From Candidatus Kaiserbacteria bacterium (GTDB taxonomy: Bacteria > Patescibacteriota > Minisyncoccia > Phycocordibacterales > Phycocordibacteraceae): DNA of 64,000 bases. The position numbers and the translations under genes were made by a program. Shown here piece after piece: positions 46,534 through 58,158 of the stretch (within the stretch, counting starts at the first letter, position 1; each line of letters begins with the position of its first letter). Location: positions 7,267 through 71,266 of the forward strand of contig CAWEXP010000004.1 of assembly GCA_963813065.1 (NCBI GenBank), in the 5' to 3' direction. The notes beneath the pieces were generated by a model. That model did not search any database and was not told the origin of the DNA. It saw nothing but the letters and a program-made list of their open reading frames with translations.

Positions 46534-48996
46534 CTACGGAACCTTGGGGACACGGTGCGCGAGATCGTCGATGCTCGGCAAATGCTTTGGCAAGTCCGGA
46601 TTGAAGATGGTTCCCACGACGCCTCTTTCGCTCGTAGCAATCTTCACCGCGTTCTCCGTCGGATCCCAGTAGACCTGACTAATTTGCGGATTTGGAATGA
46701 TGCCCAAGATGGGCTTCGAGGAGTCGAAATAGACGATAGCCTTATGATCTGCCGTCACCCAATCGAGCGCCTCTTGACCGCGCCTTGCGAGCTCGCCGCC
46801 ATAGACAATTTGTGCCGTACCGTCAGGGCTGGTAAATCAATCAGCAACATGCTCGTCGACACGCAGACCCCACTTGTTCGGCAAAATATTCTCGTGCCCC
46901 GCAATTGGCGGCTCGGGATGCTCGGCACTTACTTCAGTCGGAGTGGTAGGCGCAGTTTCTGCCGAAGCCGGCGCGGTGTGCCCAGGGATAGCGTCGGCAT
47001 GCGTTGGTACGGACGCCGGCGCGGCCGCCTCGGCAGGCGCCGCGCCAGTGTGGTCTGCGCCCAGAACCACTTCATGCTGGGGAGTCGGCGTGACGGCGCC
47101 CTCATGCCCCGCCGGAGCCGCGTGTGCCGCTTCGGGGTGATACGGCGGTGTAGGCGTCGGCGTATGCTCAGGAGCTTGAACAAAATCCTGTTGAGTTGGG
47201 TTGAGGCGATGAAGTGTTGGGTCATCGATATGTACCTGATGGTCCGCACCAATGGTGATATGCGCGTTCGGATCAATCGCGATGCTCGTACCATCGGCGT
47301 TGTAGAAATGATGATCGGTCGCGATACGATGCACCACGCCGTCGATGGTCTGTTCGTTCGCCGTCACGAGCTTGTAGAGATCGCTATTTTTATCAGCGAT
47401 GGTATTCGGGTCAATATGCTGTTTCCAAATCTCCGCAGCCTCGCGCTTCAAGCTGTATTCGTAGCCATGCCCATGTGCGACACCCTCGGTCGGCATCGCG
47501 TGTGCCTCGGGCGGATGTGCCGAGACAGTCGCAGGCGTATGTTCAACTGGTGCCGAATGGTGGCCAAGCAAATTGCCGAACCATTCTCCGACACCGAGCG
47601 CTTCGAGTCCCATCACTGCGCCCTGACCAAGGAGCATGGTGCCCCCCATGTAGAGCATGGCTTGCCTCGCCGAACGCATATTTTTCTCCCGTTCCGTCGC
47701 ATTCGCGTACTTATGAGTGGGGTCCGCGGCAATCTTTGCATCAAGACTTTTACGTCGATTCATGCCAAAGCCGATGCCGCCCACAACGCGCTGAAGATAC
47801 ATGCCACCCAAGAGAATGCCCGAGACAATCGGTGCCACACCTGAAGTGAGCGCGGCCCCTCCGACGAGCGCTCCTGTGATTGCCAGCTTCTTGCTCCAAT
47901 GCAGTTTGTTATATGCCTCGATATTCTGCGTGATGTGCTTTTCCGACCAGACTCCAAGCTTCTTGCCACGCTCTTTCCAATCATCTTTATCTTTCGCAAG
48001 AAATGCCGTCATCTCTTCCGGACTCTTGTTTCGTTTGTGACCCTCTTGCATACCCATAATGAGCGAACGCAACTTGTCCTTCCATTCTCGACGTGTCTCC
48101 GGAGGATTCTTGCCAATGACTTCCCCAATCGTCACCATTGAACCAGGTTCGATGGTTTCTCCTTCCTTTGCCTCGTCCTCCCTCAGCGTATCGAGTGATG
48201 CTGATTCCTCACCACGTGCGGCACGTTCTTCCGCGTGGAGTTGGTCCTCGAGAGCTTGCATTTTTGATTCGATGTCGGGAATCTTCACCCCAGGGCGCGC
48301 CGCCTGTTCCTCGAGATCCTTTATTTGGGCCTTGAGTTCATCAGCGCGAATTTGGTGCTGTGCTGTCGTGCGCTGTTTCTCTGCAGCGCGGATTTGTTCT
48401 TCTGCGGCAAGTACTTTTGCTTCTCTTGTTGTATCCTTGAAACCTTCATGTGCTTTTTCGGCCTGTTCGAGCGACGCGACTTCAGCACGAGCCGACCCAA
48501 TTTTTTCCTCTGCGGTTTTCAAAGCTTCGCCCTTATCCTCACCGGTCTGCGCAAGTGCTTCACGCGCATCACGCGCAGTTTTCTCCATCGCCGCCTGTTC
48601 TTCAGTCGTTCGCGGTGCCGACTCAACCGATGGGAAAATGAGAGAAGATTTTTCGGTGGGAACCGTGGCAGGCTCTACTTCTTTTTGGGGCAGTTTCGCG
48701 CGATTATTTTTATATGTCTGTAAACGGCCTGCATTGCGTTCAATTTCTTCGTGGCGGCGCTGTGATTCAAGGATGTCTCCAGCTGCTTTGCGTACGGCAG
48801 CGGCGTGCTCTTCGGCCTCAACATTAGGATCGGTGAATGAAATCTTTTTGGGCTGTTCAATCTCGAGGGGCGCTGGTTCTGCGGGTAATTCGAGCACGGC
48901 CTCATCAGGCTTCGTGGCGTGCACTTCGCGCACGACATCGGCAAAAGTCATTTCCTTATCTTGTTTCTTCGGTGGTTCGGGCGGAATTGTCTCCAT
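46534..48996 (-). CDS. Large coiled-coil/TM protein with His-Pro-Ala-rich C-terminal region; probably frameshifted near 46840
   Basis: 719 aa ORF plus downstream fragment; starts 2 nt after the ATPase stop. Confidence 0.7.
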
Positions 48997-48997
48997 A

Positions 48998-51768
48998 TTA
49001 TTTCGTCAGATAACGCTCACGAATCATATTCTCTACGGTAGCACGGTCACGCCCATAGGTGAGCGCGGACAACTGCACAAGGTCTTCGATTTGTCCTGGG
49101 TTGCCGACCGGATAATCGGGCGTTTTGAGATCAAATGGTTTCTGCGGCACGCCCTTTGCCAGAATTTTCACGTACGCATTTCTATTTTCAACATTGACGA
49201 AGTCGAGTGCCTGGAACACGGGCGCGAATTGCTTGGCAAAAAATTCGGCATCTTCTTCGCCGACACGGAAGACGGCCATGTTACCCACATTGCCGAAGAC
49301 GGCGTCGCGCGTTTTCTCCTCGATCTGCGCGAGGAATTGATGCGCGACCGTGAGCGACAATTTATATTTACGCGCCTCCGAGAGAATGCCCGGAATCGAG
49401 TCAGTGGTGACGTTCTGGAATTCATCTATATATAAGTAAAACGGAGAGTGGCTGGCGCGCGGATCGTCGGCGCGCGAGAGCGCGGACATGAAGAGCTTGC
49501 CGACGACGATGAGGCCGAGCAGATTCGCATTCTTCTCCCCGAGTCTGCCTTTCGAAAGGTTGATGAGCAGAATTTTCTTCGTATCCATCACCTCGCGGAA
49601 ATTGAAGGAAGAAATCTGCTGGCCGACAATGGGGCGAATGAAGTCATTGGCGGTGAAATCGTCGAACTTGTTGGTGATGTAGGGGACGATATTTTCGAGT
49701 GAAGCTTCCCCACCCGCCTTGGTCGCAATTTCTTGCCAGAATTGATTCACAATCGGATTCAAACTCTTCGCGAGCTTCTGTTTGCGGAACTCGCTGTTGG
49801 CGAGCACGCGCGCAATGTCGAGAATGGTCGAGCCGCTCGCGGGATCCTCCATCACGAGCTGGGTCGCATTGCGGAAATATTGTTCGAAGGCGGGACCCAT
49901 GCTCTCGGGCACGTCGCCATAGAGTCGGCGGAAAATCATCAAGAGCTCGTTGACGATAAAGGTCTTCTGCTCTGGGTGTGCTGGGTCGTATTCCAAGAAA
50001 TTTAATCCGAACGGACGAGACAAATCGGCCGGGTCGAAATAAATGACGTCCTTGTACCGCTCGGGCGGCACGGCCGCGAGCACATCGAGAATGTCCGAGC
50101 CGTGCGGATCGATGAAGCAACACCCCTCACCCGCCTTGATGTCCTGGATAATGAGCGACTTCAAGAGGCCGGTCTTACCAGTGCCGGTCTGACCAATCAC
50201 ATAGAGGTGGCGCAGGCGATCCTCGGGCTCGAGATACACTTTCGTTTCTTGGCCGCGATAATTATTCATACCAACGAGCACGCCCGATTGCGGGAGCGAG
50301 AGCGGCGCTGGCGCGTGCGTGAAGCGCGATTGCTTCAGGTGCGGCGAGGATTCGATACCCTTTGGCGGGAAATGGTAGAGCGTTGTAAGTTCGCGGAGCG
50401 AGAGCGGGAGCGCCTCTCGATCAGGAATACGGAAGGAAAAATCGCTCAAGATTGCGTTGGCCTTGCTGCCCGCAAGTGGACGCACGAATTCGAGCCGATT
50501 GCCCTGCGTATTCGTAAACTGATTGAAGGCCGCCTCGAGCTCGCCGAGCACTTGGCCAGCCTTACCGGCGTCGCGCGAAGAAACTGCAAGTCGAATGCTC
50601 GCGCCGACGATGGGCGCAGAAATCTTTTTTTCTAATTGCTCAATCTCGGCCTTGTTGGCCTCGGCCTGGCGCGTCTCGGCCTGCTTCGCCTTCTCCGCAT
50701 CCTTGGGCTTACTCGAGAAGAGCGCCTTGCTGAAGTCGCGCGTGAGCTCGCCCAGCGCAGTCTCGGGCGCCGAGAATGCGACCGAGCGTTTCTCGCCTTT
50801 GCGCAGTGCGCCGAGAATTTTTCGATAATGCTGAACGTGTCGCTCGCCGCGTGGTTCGATAATAATCTGGAGCGCGGCGCCTTCGTGCGTGTGGTCAATC
50901 TTGGCAAACGCATTCAGCACCGCATTTAATGGGTCATAATCGAAATCGTTGTAATCCTTGAGCGGAAGCGCGGGATGCGCAGGGAGCGTCGCGCGCGAGA
51001 CCACCGCCGTGCCACCCTCGGCGAAGATGTTGTAGTCGTTTAATTGCGGCGAGAGATGTGCCGCGGGGAAAATCGCGAGAATTTGTTTTTCAAAAAGGTC
51101 GCGCTTGGCGTTTGGTATCGCGGCATAGAATTGGAGCTCGGGGCTGTCGGCGGGCACCGCGAGCTCGAGCGCGTAATACGCGGGCTCGCCCCGCGCGGAC
51201 GACTCGACCGAGAGCAGACCAGAATAAAATTGTTCCATCGCGCTAATAAGCTCCTTCAACGTCTTTGCGCGCTCCTCGGGCGCCGAAGCGGGCGCGGGGA
51301 GCGCGATCTCGTAGAGCGTCATGCGAAGCGCCTGGAAACGGGGCGCCTTCTCGTCGAAACCAACCGTCGGCAGACCTGCGGCGATATAGCGGACGAGGTA
51401 GCGATGGAAATCGTCGGCGAGGCGCGGATTATTTAATCGCTCGACCACGGCGAGCGCATTCTTGATGCCCTGCTTCTCGAGGGTCGGCAATAATTTCTTG
51501 ATGGCTTCTTCGCCACCACCGAGGTCGAGCTCGGTCAGCACCGTATTCGCAACACTCTCTGCCACCGCGTTCTCGATGCGATAGTTCTCGGCGAGAATCT
51601 CGGCGGGCGCGCTCGCGTGCGCGTGCAATTGTTCAGCTACGATTTCTTCGCGCTTCACGGGGGAACCCTCGGGGTGCGCCGCAGAGAGCTCAGCCTCCTT
51701 CTGCGCAATCTGTGCGCGCAACACGCCAGCTCCTCCTCTGGACTCGCAAGCTTAGGCGCTGATTCCAT
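48998..51768 (-). CDS. VirD4/TraD-like (TrwB/HerA-FtsK superfamily) ATPase; N-terminal frameshift near 51725
   Basis: DRLRHLYVIGQTGTGKT, FIDPHG, YIDEFQN, SEARKY..L.VAHQ. Confidence 0.88.
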
Positions 51769-51809
51769 AGGGCGAAGTATATCAAATATTTTCTGCTACA
51801 CTGCGACAC

Positions 51810-52436
51810 ATGCACGCATTCCTCCTCGCGCTTCTGCACCTCGACCCGGTCGCTATCTTGATGGCGGGCGGCTACGTGGGCATCGCGCTCATCGTTTTCG
51901 CGGAGACGGGCATCTTGCTCGGCATCATCTTCCCCGGTGATTCGCTCCTCTTCGCCGCGGGGCTCCTCGCGGCAGGCGGATTCTTCAATCCGGTCGCGCT
52001 CATTATTATTGTGCCCAGCGCCGCCGTACTCGGCGGCGTCTTCGGGTATTGGTTCGGCACGCGCATCGGCCCGCGACTCTTCACGCGAGAGGACGCGCTC
52101 ATATTTAAACGTGCACACGTCGCGCGTACGCAAGCGTTTTTCGAGAAGTATGGCGCTCGCGCGATCTTGCTCGCGCGCTTCGTGCCAGTCGTGCGCGCGT
52201 TCGCGCCCGTGCTCGCGGGCGTTGGGCACATGCCCTACCGCCGCTTTTTCCTCTACAATCTCATCGGCGGCGTCGCCTGGGGCGCGGGCGTTGTCGCGCT
52301 CGGGTACTTCCTTGGCTCACTAATCCCGAACAGCATCCACTACGTCCTCCCGCTCTCGCTCCTCGTCATCGTGATTTCTTTCGTGCCGATTATTGCAGAG
52401 TATTACTCAAGTTCCCGATCTGGGTATAGTAATTGA
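51810..52436 (+). CDS. DedA family protein
   Basis: FAETG...FPGDSLLF.AG, ARFVPVVR.F.P. Confidence 0.93.
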   Translation: MHAFLLALLHLDPVAILMAGGYVGIALIVFAETGILLGIIFPGDSLLFAAGLLAAGGFFNPVALIIIVPSAAVLGGVFGYWFGTRIGPRLFTREDALIFKRAHVARTQAFFEKYGARAILLARFVPVVRAFAPVLAGVGHMPYRRFFLYNLIGGVAWGAGVVALGYFLGSLIPNSIHYVLPLSLLVIVISFVPIIAEYYSSSRSGYSN

Positions 52437-52605
52437 GGAACGACGGGACGGCGAAGAAGAGCCCGATGAGCGGGATGACGATGAGCGCAGCGGTTATGAT
52501 GCCCGTCCAGAGCATCCATTTCCGCACGGTCTCAGCAGCTCTATAAGCCGCATCTACTTTTTTCTCGAGTGCGTCGAGACGCGCCGCTAGCTCGGGATCA
52601 ATCAT
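52390..52605 (-). CDS. Small single-TM protein
   Basis: Coiled N-terminus plus TM helix. Confidence 0.65.
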   Translation of the reverse strand: MIDPELAARLDALEKKVDAAYRAAETVRKWMLWTGIITAALIVIPLIGLFFAVPSFLNYYTQIGNLSNTLQ

Positions 52606-52608
52606 GGA

Positions 52609-52947
52609 CTATTTGTCGTCGCCCCAGGAGTTGAAGACCCAATTGATGATGGCGAGTACGAGTGCGAAGAGGAGCGCGGAACCAAAACCGCCCACCGAGA
52701 AGCCCGGCACAATGAGCGCGGCGAGGAGTACGAGACAGGCGTTGATCACGAGCGAGAAGAGACCGAGCGTCAGGATGTTGATCGGGAGCGTTAGCACGAG
52801 AATAATCGGTTTGATAAAGAGATTCAGCGCACCGAGTACGACGGCCGCGATGAGCGCGGAGATCGGCGTAATCGAGATACCCGGGACGACGAACGCGGCG
52901 ACGAGCAATGCGACCGCCGAGATGAGCCAGTGCAATAAGATTTTCAT
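52609..52947 (-). CDS. Phage holin family / YvlD-like 4TM protein
   Basis: LNLFIKPI...LTLP...LTLGLF..VINA. Confidence 0.88.
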   Translation of the reverse strand: MKILLHWLISAVALLVAAFVVPGISITPISALIAAVVLGALNLFIKPIILVLTLPINILTLGLFSLVINACLVLLAALIVPGFSVGGFGSALLFALVLAIINWVFNSWGDDK

Positions 52948-53047
52948 ACAAGAAGTATAGCAAATAGTTCTGGCCTTCTTTACCATACTTGACAGAACAC
53001 TTACAAATTATACAGTCGTACCGAAACCTAGTCCTTTGGAGGACCCT

Positions 53048-53305
53048 ATGGCAACCAAGCCGCAGAACGAACGTCCCTTCCGACACCAGGGGCCCCATGG
53101 CTCGGAGCTCAGCGCCGAGCGTTGCGATTTCAAGGGCGTCACCACACTCGCGACGCCGCGCCACCTCTCGAGAAAACAGTTCGCGCAAGATGTGGCGGCC
53201 ATTATCGGCTATCATGCGGCGATCATCTTCCCGGAATTCCCCGCCGGCACGCCATTCTCCGGTTATGATTCCGTACTCCAGAATCTAACCATTGTCGAAA
53301 TCTAG
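53048..53305 (+). CDS. Hypothetical protein
   Basis: TTGACA...TATACA promoter-like, GGAGG RBS, terminator at ~53327-53352. Confidence 0.55.
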   Translation: MATKPQNERPFRHQGPHGSELSAERCDFKGVTTLATPRHLSRKQFAQDVAAIIGYHAAIIFPEFPAGTPFSGYDSVLQNLTIVEI

Positions 53306-53350
53306 TCCGAGTATTTCCCTATCAACAACCCCGCTTCGGCGGGTTTTTCT

Positions 53351-54501
53351 TTAGTGATGATGGCTGTGTGTTTGCGAATGTTCCGACGACCAGCGAGTCA
53401 GCAAAAATATCGCGGCGAGTCGTCGTGATGGGCACCGCGAGCACAATCCCGAGAGAGCCGACGATGGCGCGGACGACCTCCGTCGCGAACATTTCGTGAT
53501 TAATAGTCTGGAGGAAAGATTCGTCACCATAGGATTGGAAGAGGAGCAGGAGCGGTAACGAGACGCCGACGTAAGCGATGGCGAGCGTGTTGACCAGGGC
53601 GCCGATGTGTTCGCGACCCATGCGCAGGGCGCGCTGGAAGAGGTGTGTGCGCGACAGGCCAGGATTCGCTCGGAGCAATTCCTCGACTGCAACGGCCTGA
53701 CCGATGGCGGCGTCATAGAGGATACCGAGCGCGCCAATCAGCATCGCGCCGAGCAAGAGGCCGACGAAATTAATCGAACCTTTCGTCGCGAAATTAAGGT
53801 AGACCGCGCTCTCATCGGCGAAACCGGAGAGCTGGGTTGCAGAGACCGCCACTTGAGCAATGACTGCCGTCACCGCGACCGTCGCGACGAGGCCCAAGAC
53901 CGCCGCGCTCGTGGTGCGATTCACGCCGTGGGTTAGATACGAGCCGAGAATGACGATAAGCCCCGCGACACCAGCGGCGACGAACAGCGGATTGTAGCCA
54001 GCAGAAATGCCAGGCAAGAGCGCATAAAAAACAAGCAAGATACTGACGGCGAGCGAGAGTAAGCCACGGAGCCCCGTCCAGCCACCGACCAGAATCACCA
54101 CGAGCACGAAGACGCCGAGCAAGATGCCGAGCGCCGGCAAGCGATCGGGCTCGAGGACGTTATAGATATCGAGTCCTTCAGAAAGATTGGTGGTATGGGT
54201 AAGGAAAAAAATATCGCCGGATTTCATGGCGAGATAATCGTTCTGCACCTCGACCGTCTTCCCCGCGTCGCTCCCCGAGAGCACGAGCGCCCTGAGCCGT
54301 CTGGTACGTCGCGCTTGTGTCAGTGCCGGGGATATTTTTAATTTGAGAACTTTCGATTGAAACGACTTGCGCTTTCTCGGTCACAATCGTTTCGTTCGTT
54401 GATTGCTCGCCGGGCGCGGCGGCGTGCGCCGTGCCTACCGACAGGCAGGCGACCGGCGCAATGAATACGAGCGAGAGGAATAAGAAAAATCGCCAGCTCA
54501 T
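53351..54501 (-). CDS. YibE/F family membrane protein ending in His-rich tail; two frameshifts
   Basis: IGALG.L.D..I.Q, GREHIGALVNTL..AY.G, LAVPITT; corrected end ...HSHHH*. Confidence 0.85.
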
Positions 54502-54502
54502 A

Positions 54503-55225
54503 TCAGCCGGCGATGTGCACTGCAACGAATATCAACGCGGCTCCCGCGAGAGTCGCGAGGGTGGTGAAGAGGCGCGGATGCCGATGATGGCTCTCGGGAA
54601 TCAGGTCGCTCGCCGAGATGTAGAGGAAGAATCCGGCGAAAACCGCGAGCACGAGGCCGATAGCAGAATCGCTGATATGGAAGAAGAGGGTCGAGAGGAT
54701 GCCGAGCACAGGGGCCAGCGCGTCGGCGAGGAACCAACGAAATGCCTGACGCATTGAGCCGCCACTGCGCAGGACGAGATTCACGGTGTTCACGCCATCA
54801 GAGAAGTCGTGCACGAGGACGGCGACTGCAATGATGACGCCAACCGCCGTCGAGACCTGGAAGCCAATGCCGATGCCCACGCCGTCGAGGAAACTGTGAA
54901 TCGAGAGCGTAGCAGCGCCGAAACTTGCTCGTGCTGGATTCGCTCCGTCGTGGTCATGGTCGCCATGCGTGTGGAAGAGTACGGTGCGATCAAGCACGAG
55001 ATAGCCGAGGAAGCCCAGGCCGATGGCGAAGAGAATCGTTTCCGGCGTGTGATACGCGATGCCAATCGCAACCGCCTCCTTCGCGAGATCGAAGAGCGCA
55101 ACGCCGAGCACCGCTCCCGCCGAGAATCCGAGTAAGAGATGCAGACGGTCCTTCAGCTTGAGCGCGACCGAGCCGCCGATGAGAGTGGCGAGGAAGGCTC
55201 CGCAGGCGATGAGGATGAGAATCAT
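54503..55225 (-). CDS. ZIP family metal transporter
   Basis: GFSAG, HTHGDHDH, IHSFLDG, VHDFSDG, DLIPESH. Confidence 0.92.
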   Translation of the reverse strand: MILILIACGAFLATLIGGSVALKLKDRLHLLLGFSAGAVLGVALFDLAKEAVAIGIAYHTPETILFAIGLGFLGYLVLDRTVLFHTHGDHDHDGANPARASFGAATLSIHSFLDGVGIGIGFQVSTAVGVIIAVAVLVHDFSDGVNTVNLVLRSGGSMRQAFRWFLADALAPVLGILSTLFFHISDSAIGLVLAVFAGFFLYISASDLIPESHHRHPRLFTTLATLAGAALIFVAVHIAG

Positions 55226-55264
55226 AGGGTGGTCTCCGTAAGAAAGGACAGACTGGTAGGTATA

Positions 55265-55593
55265 CTAATGCAAGTAATTCGCATTTGCAAGACCGCAGTG
55301 CGCACAGATGAACTGGTGCTGATGTTTCCCCTCCGCGGCAAGCGCGTAGTGCATGTGCTGATGTCCGACATCCACACGCCGCACGATACCCGCCTCGGCC
55401 AGCGCTTCAATGGCACGATAGAGATTGGTGATATCAATGCGCGTGCCGAGCTTCTTCGCGAGCGAGTCGACTGACACCGGCTTCCCTATTTTCTCGAGCG
55501 CTCGAGCAGAGCCACGCGCCCGAAGGTCGCGCGGAATCCGGCCGCACGTAGCATTTTCGCGAATCGAATATCGTTGCTTAGACGTGTTTCCAT
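55265..55593 (-). CDS. Fur/Zur family regulator; frameshifted, C-terminus uncertain
   Basis: GFRAT..R, TNLYRAIEAL...G, HQHQFICAHCG. Confidence 0.7.
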
Positions 55594-55606
55594 GCGTTCA
55601 TGGTAT

Positions 55607-55634
55607 CGCAAACGCGATTGATTCGCAATTGCAA
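55607..55634. promoter_or_regulatory. Putative Fur/Zur operator
   Basis: Overlapping imperfect palindromes cgcaaacgcgattgattcgcaattgca just upstream of the regulator. Confidence 0.4.
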
Positions 55635-55704
55635 GCCCTGCCCTATCAGAGCCAGCCCTATGCCATCCGTACACGGATGGCCGGGCGATCGTGCAAAGCA
55701 TGAT

Positions 55705-56298
55705 TTAGCCGAGGGCAACGAGGCAAAAGATGACGATGAGTGTGCCGAGCACGGTACCGCCCCAGGCGAGCGCGAACCCTTCGGTCAGTGTTTCGACACG
55801 GAACTCGACCTCACGCATGCTACGACCTGCGGCGACAAATTCCCCATTTCCCACCGCGGCAAGCACCACCGCTTGGCGCACGCCTGGCTCGGGTTGCCAG
55901 GTGAAAAAGGTCTCGCCTGCGGGCGTCACGACCGGGACGCCGAGTGCCGCCGAAGGTCGCCACGTTTTAGTGTCGAAGACACCGGCTGGCAAATGCGGTG
56001 GCGCACCATTGAGCACGGCCGAGGATTCGAGCGGCGTACCATCAGCATCATAGACCGCAATCCAGGGTGCGAGACTGGTCGCGACATCAACCGGCACGAT
56101 GCCGCGCTGGACGAGCTCGGCGGGCACACCTCCCTGCGACAATTGTGTCGCACCGTCCTCAGCCATTTGGACCTGCGGGTCGTTGAGCGAGAGACGATAA
56201 TTCTGCTGGACGCCCCAGTACGCGAAGAGGAAGATACCAGACGTCGCCACGGCAATCGGTAACCAGACCGCAAAAGCACGTGCAAATGGTTTTTTCAT
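55705..56298 (-). CDS. Two-TM protein with extracytoplasmic sensor-like domain
   Basis: QQNYR...DPQVQMAED, TWQP.PGVRQA, AGRSMREVE. Confidence 0.75.
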   Translation of the reverse strand: MKKPFARAFAVWLPIAVATSGIFLFAYWGVQQNYRLSLNDPQVQMAEDGATQLSQGGVPAELVQRGIVPVDVATSLAPWIAVYDADGTPLESSAVLNGAPPHLPAGVFDTKTWRPSAALGVPVVTPAGETFFTWQPEPGVRQAVVLAAVGNGEFVAAGRSMREVEFRVETLTEGFALAWGGTVLGTLIVIFCLVALG

Positions 56299-56357
56299 AT
56301 ACCCATGATAACGCTTGCCCGCCCGTAGCGGTTTCGCGGAGGCGGGCGCCACCGTGA

Positions 56358-57053
56358 TTATTTCAACAGAGGATCAATCGCGGCCTGGAAGGTCGCGTAA
56401 GGGTACGCGCCCGCGATCATCTGCGTGCCAATCACGAAGGACGGCGTTGCCGAGATGCCGAAGTTGGCCGCCTCAGCCTTGTCTGCGTTGATCGCTGTGT
56501 CGTAGGTTGCCTGATTCGCCGTGACATTCGCGGTCACCTTTTTCACGTCGATGCCACTCACCGAGCCCGTCACCTTAAGAACGAACGTGAGATTGTCGGC
56601 GGCACTCAAACTATTTTCTTGCGGCTCCTGCGAATAGAGCGCAGTGCGCCATGCGCCGAACTGCGCCGGATACAGCGCCCAGACCGCACGCGCGTACTCG
56701 GCATCAACCATCGAGTCCGGACCGAGGAATGCGAAATCTTTGAAGACGACTTTCACTTTTCCTGCCGTGACATAGTTCTGCACGATTTGGGGCAAAGTTT
56801 CGGTCTCGAATTTCTCGCAGTACGGGCACTGATAGTCGCTCCACTCGGCGATGGTCACCAGCGCGGTCGCCGAGCCGATGAAGGGCTCGCCGTCGGTCTT
56901 CACGTCTTTAACGTTCACGCTCGGTGCCGGAGGCGTTGTGCCGGTCCCCACGCCCACTTGTGCGGGGTGCGAGCCGTTCCAGAGCACCGCACCGCCGATA
57001 AAGAGCCCGGCAAGCACCACCGCCGCGGGCAAAAAATATTTATTGTTTTCCAT
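56358..57053 (-). CDS. DsbA-family thioredoxin oxidoreductase
   Basis: SDYQCPYC, ATPSF, GAYP; N-terminal TM. Confidence 0.92.
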   Translation of the reverse strand: MENNKYFLPAAVVLAGLFIGGAVLWNGSHPAQVGVGTGTTPPAPSVNVKDVKTDGEPFIGSATALVTIAEWSDYQCPYCEKFETETLPQIVQNYVTAGKVKVVFKDFAFLGPDSMVDAEYARAVWALYPAQFGAWRTALYSQEPQENSLSAADNLTFVLKVTGSVSGIDVKKVTANVTANQATYDTAINADKAEAANFGISATPSFVIGTQMIAGAYPYATFQAAIDPLLK

Positions 57054-57101
57054 GCGCAGAATGATAGCATACGCGAGGAACGCACAACCGCGGAGATTCC
57101 T

Positions 57102-57590
57102 ATGAAAATCGCAGTCCTCGGTATCATTGTTGACCCGCGCAGTCGTGACGTCTTGCTCGCGGAGAAAAAAGATGTCGAAGAAATCGGCGCACGCATCGTT
57201 ACTGGTCCGGGTGGCAAAATTGAGCCGCCCGAGACGCCAGCGCAGTGCCTCGTCCGCGAGACGCGCGAGGAATGGGAGCTGGAGCTCGACCCGAACTCGA
57301 TACGCGAAGTCGCGCTGGTTGATTGTTATGCCGCCGGCATTCTCGACTTCCGTGTCCACGTCCTTGCGGCGCACATCGCGTCAGGCGTCCCGAGCGAGAC
57401 GCGCGTCTTCAAGAAACCGCGCTGGTATCCGCGCGATGCACTACCACTCGCCAAGATGTTCGAGGGCGATCGATACTGGTTCCCGCAGGCCGTGCACGGT
57501 GCACGCTTCCGCGCGAACGTGTACTATCTCGACCGTGCGAAGAATCTTGACCCGAATCGCAAACCAGAATTTTTCCCGCTCGAATCCTAA
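57102..57590 (+). CDS. Nudix hydrolase (MutT/MTH1-like)
   Basis: GGKIEPPETPAQCLVRETREE, P.WY...LP..KM..GDRYW. Confidence 0.88.
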   Translation: MKIAVLGIIVDPRSRDVLLAEKKDVEEIGARIVTGPGGKIEPPETPAQCLVRETREEWELELDPNSIREVALVDCYAAGILDFRVHVLAAHIASGVPSETRVFKKPRWYPRDALPLAKMFEGDRYWFPQAVHGARFRANVYYLDRAKNLDPNRKPEFFPLES

Positions 57591-58078
57591 CCCCTCTGCC
57601 ACTCGCCGCGCGTACCCGCGCGGCGTTTTTCTGTCATCTCGAGCTCTTCGTAGATGCCGTCAATCAGTTCGTAATCCTTCGCCTCGGCCAGCGTGATCCA
57701 GGCATACTGGTCGGTCTCGGCTTCTTGGAGGACGACATCCCCGCTCTCCCAATCCGCCATGCAGGAGATGACGAGCGAGGGTGCCGCGTCGTCGTGGATA
57801 GTCGCGAGACTCGTCACATATTCGATATTTTTTATTTCCAACCCTGTTTCCTCGCGCACCTCGCGACGGAGCGTTTTCTCCAACACGTTGTACCAGTAGC
57901 CAGACGTATCCTTCGGTGTGTTGGCGTAGTCCGCGGTCTCGAGCTTCCCGCCCGGGACCGTCCACATGAGGGGCCAGCGTTTCTTGTTCAGCGAGCGACG
58001 CGTAATCAAATATTTCCCGTCCTTCACGACAATCGCCGTGATTGCGACCTCGTGCAGATAGTGCGATGTGGTTTCCAT
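57587..58078 (-). CDS. Nudix hydrolase
   Basis: WTVPGGK...LRREVREETGL. Confidence 0.9.
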   Translation of the reverse strand: METTSHYLHEVAITAIVVKDGKYLITRRSLNKKRWPLMWTVPGGKLETADYANTPKDTSGYWYNVLEKTLRREVREETGLEIKNIEYVTSLATIHDDAAPSLVISCMADWESGDVVLQEAETDQYAWITLAEAKDYELIDGIYEELEMTEKRRAGTRGEWQRG

Positions 58079-58158
58079 GCCCGACAGTATACGCTACCCT
58101 TGCCGCATTTCCACAATTGTGATTTAAAGAATGGAGAAGTTGTTTGGAAAGGGAAAAC

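Noticed and set aside
52609-52947. Holin-family gene as prophage evidence
   Set aside because: YvlD-like 4TM proteins are common chromosomal genes; no phage genes nearby.
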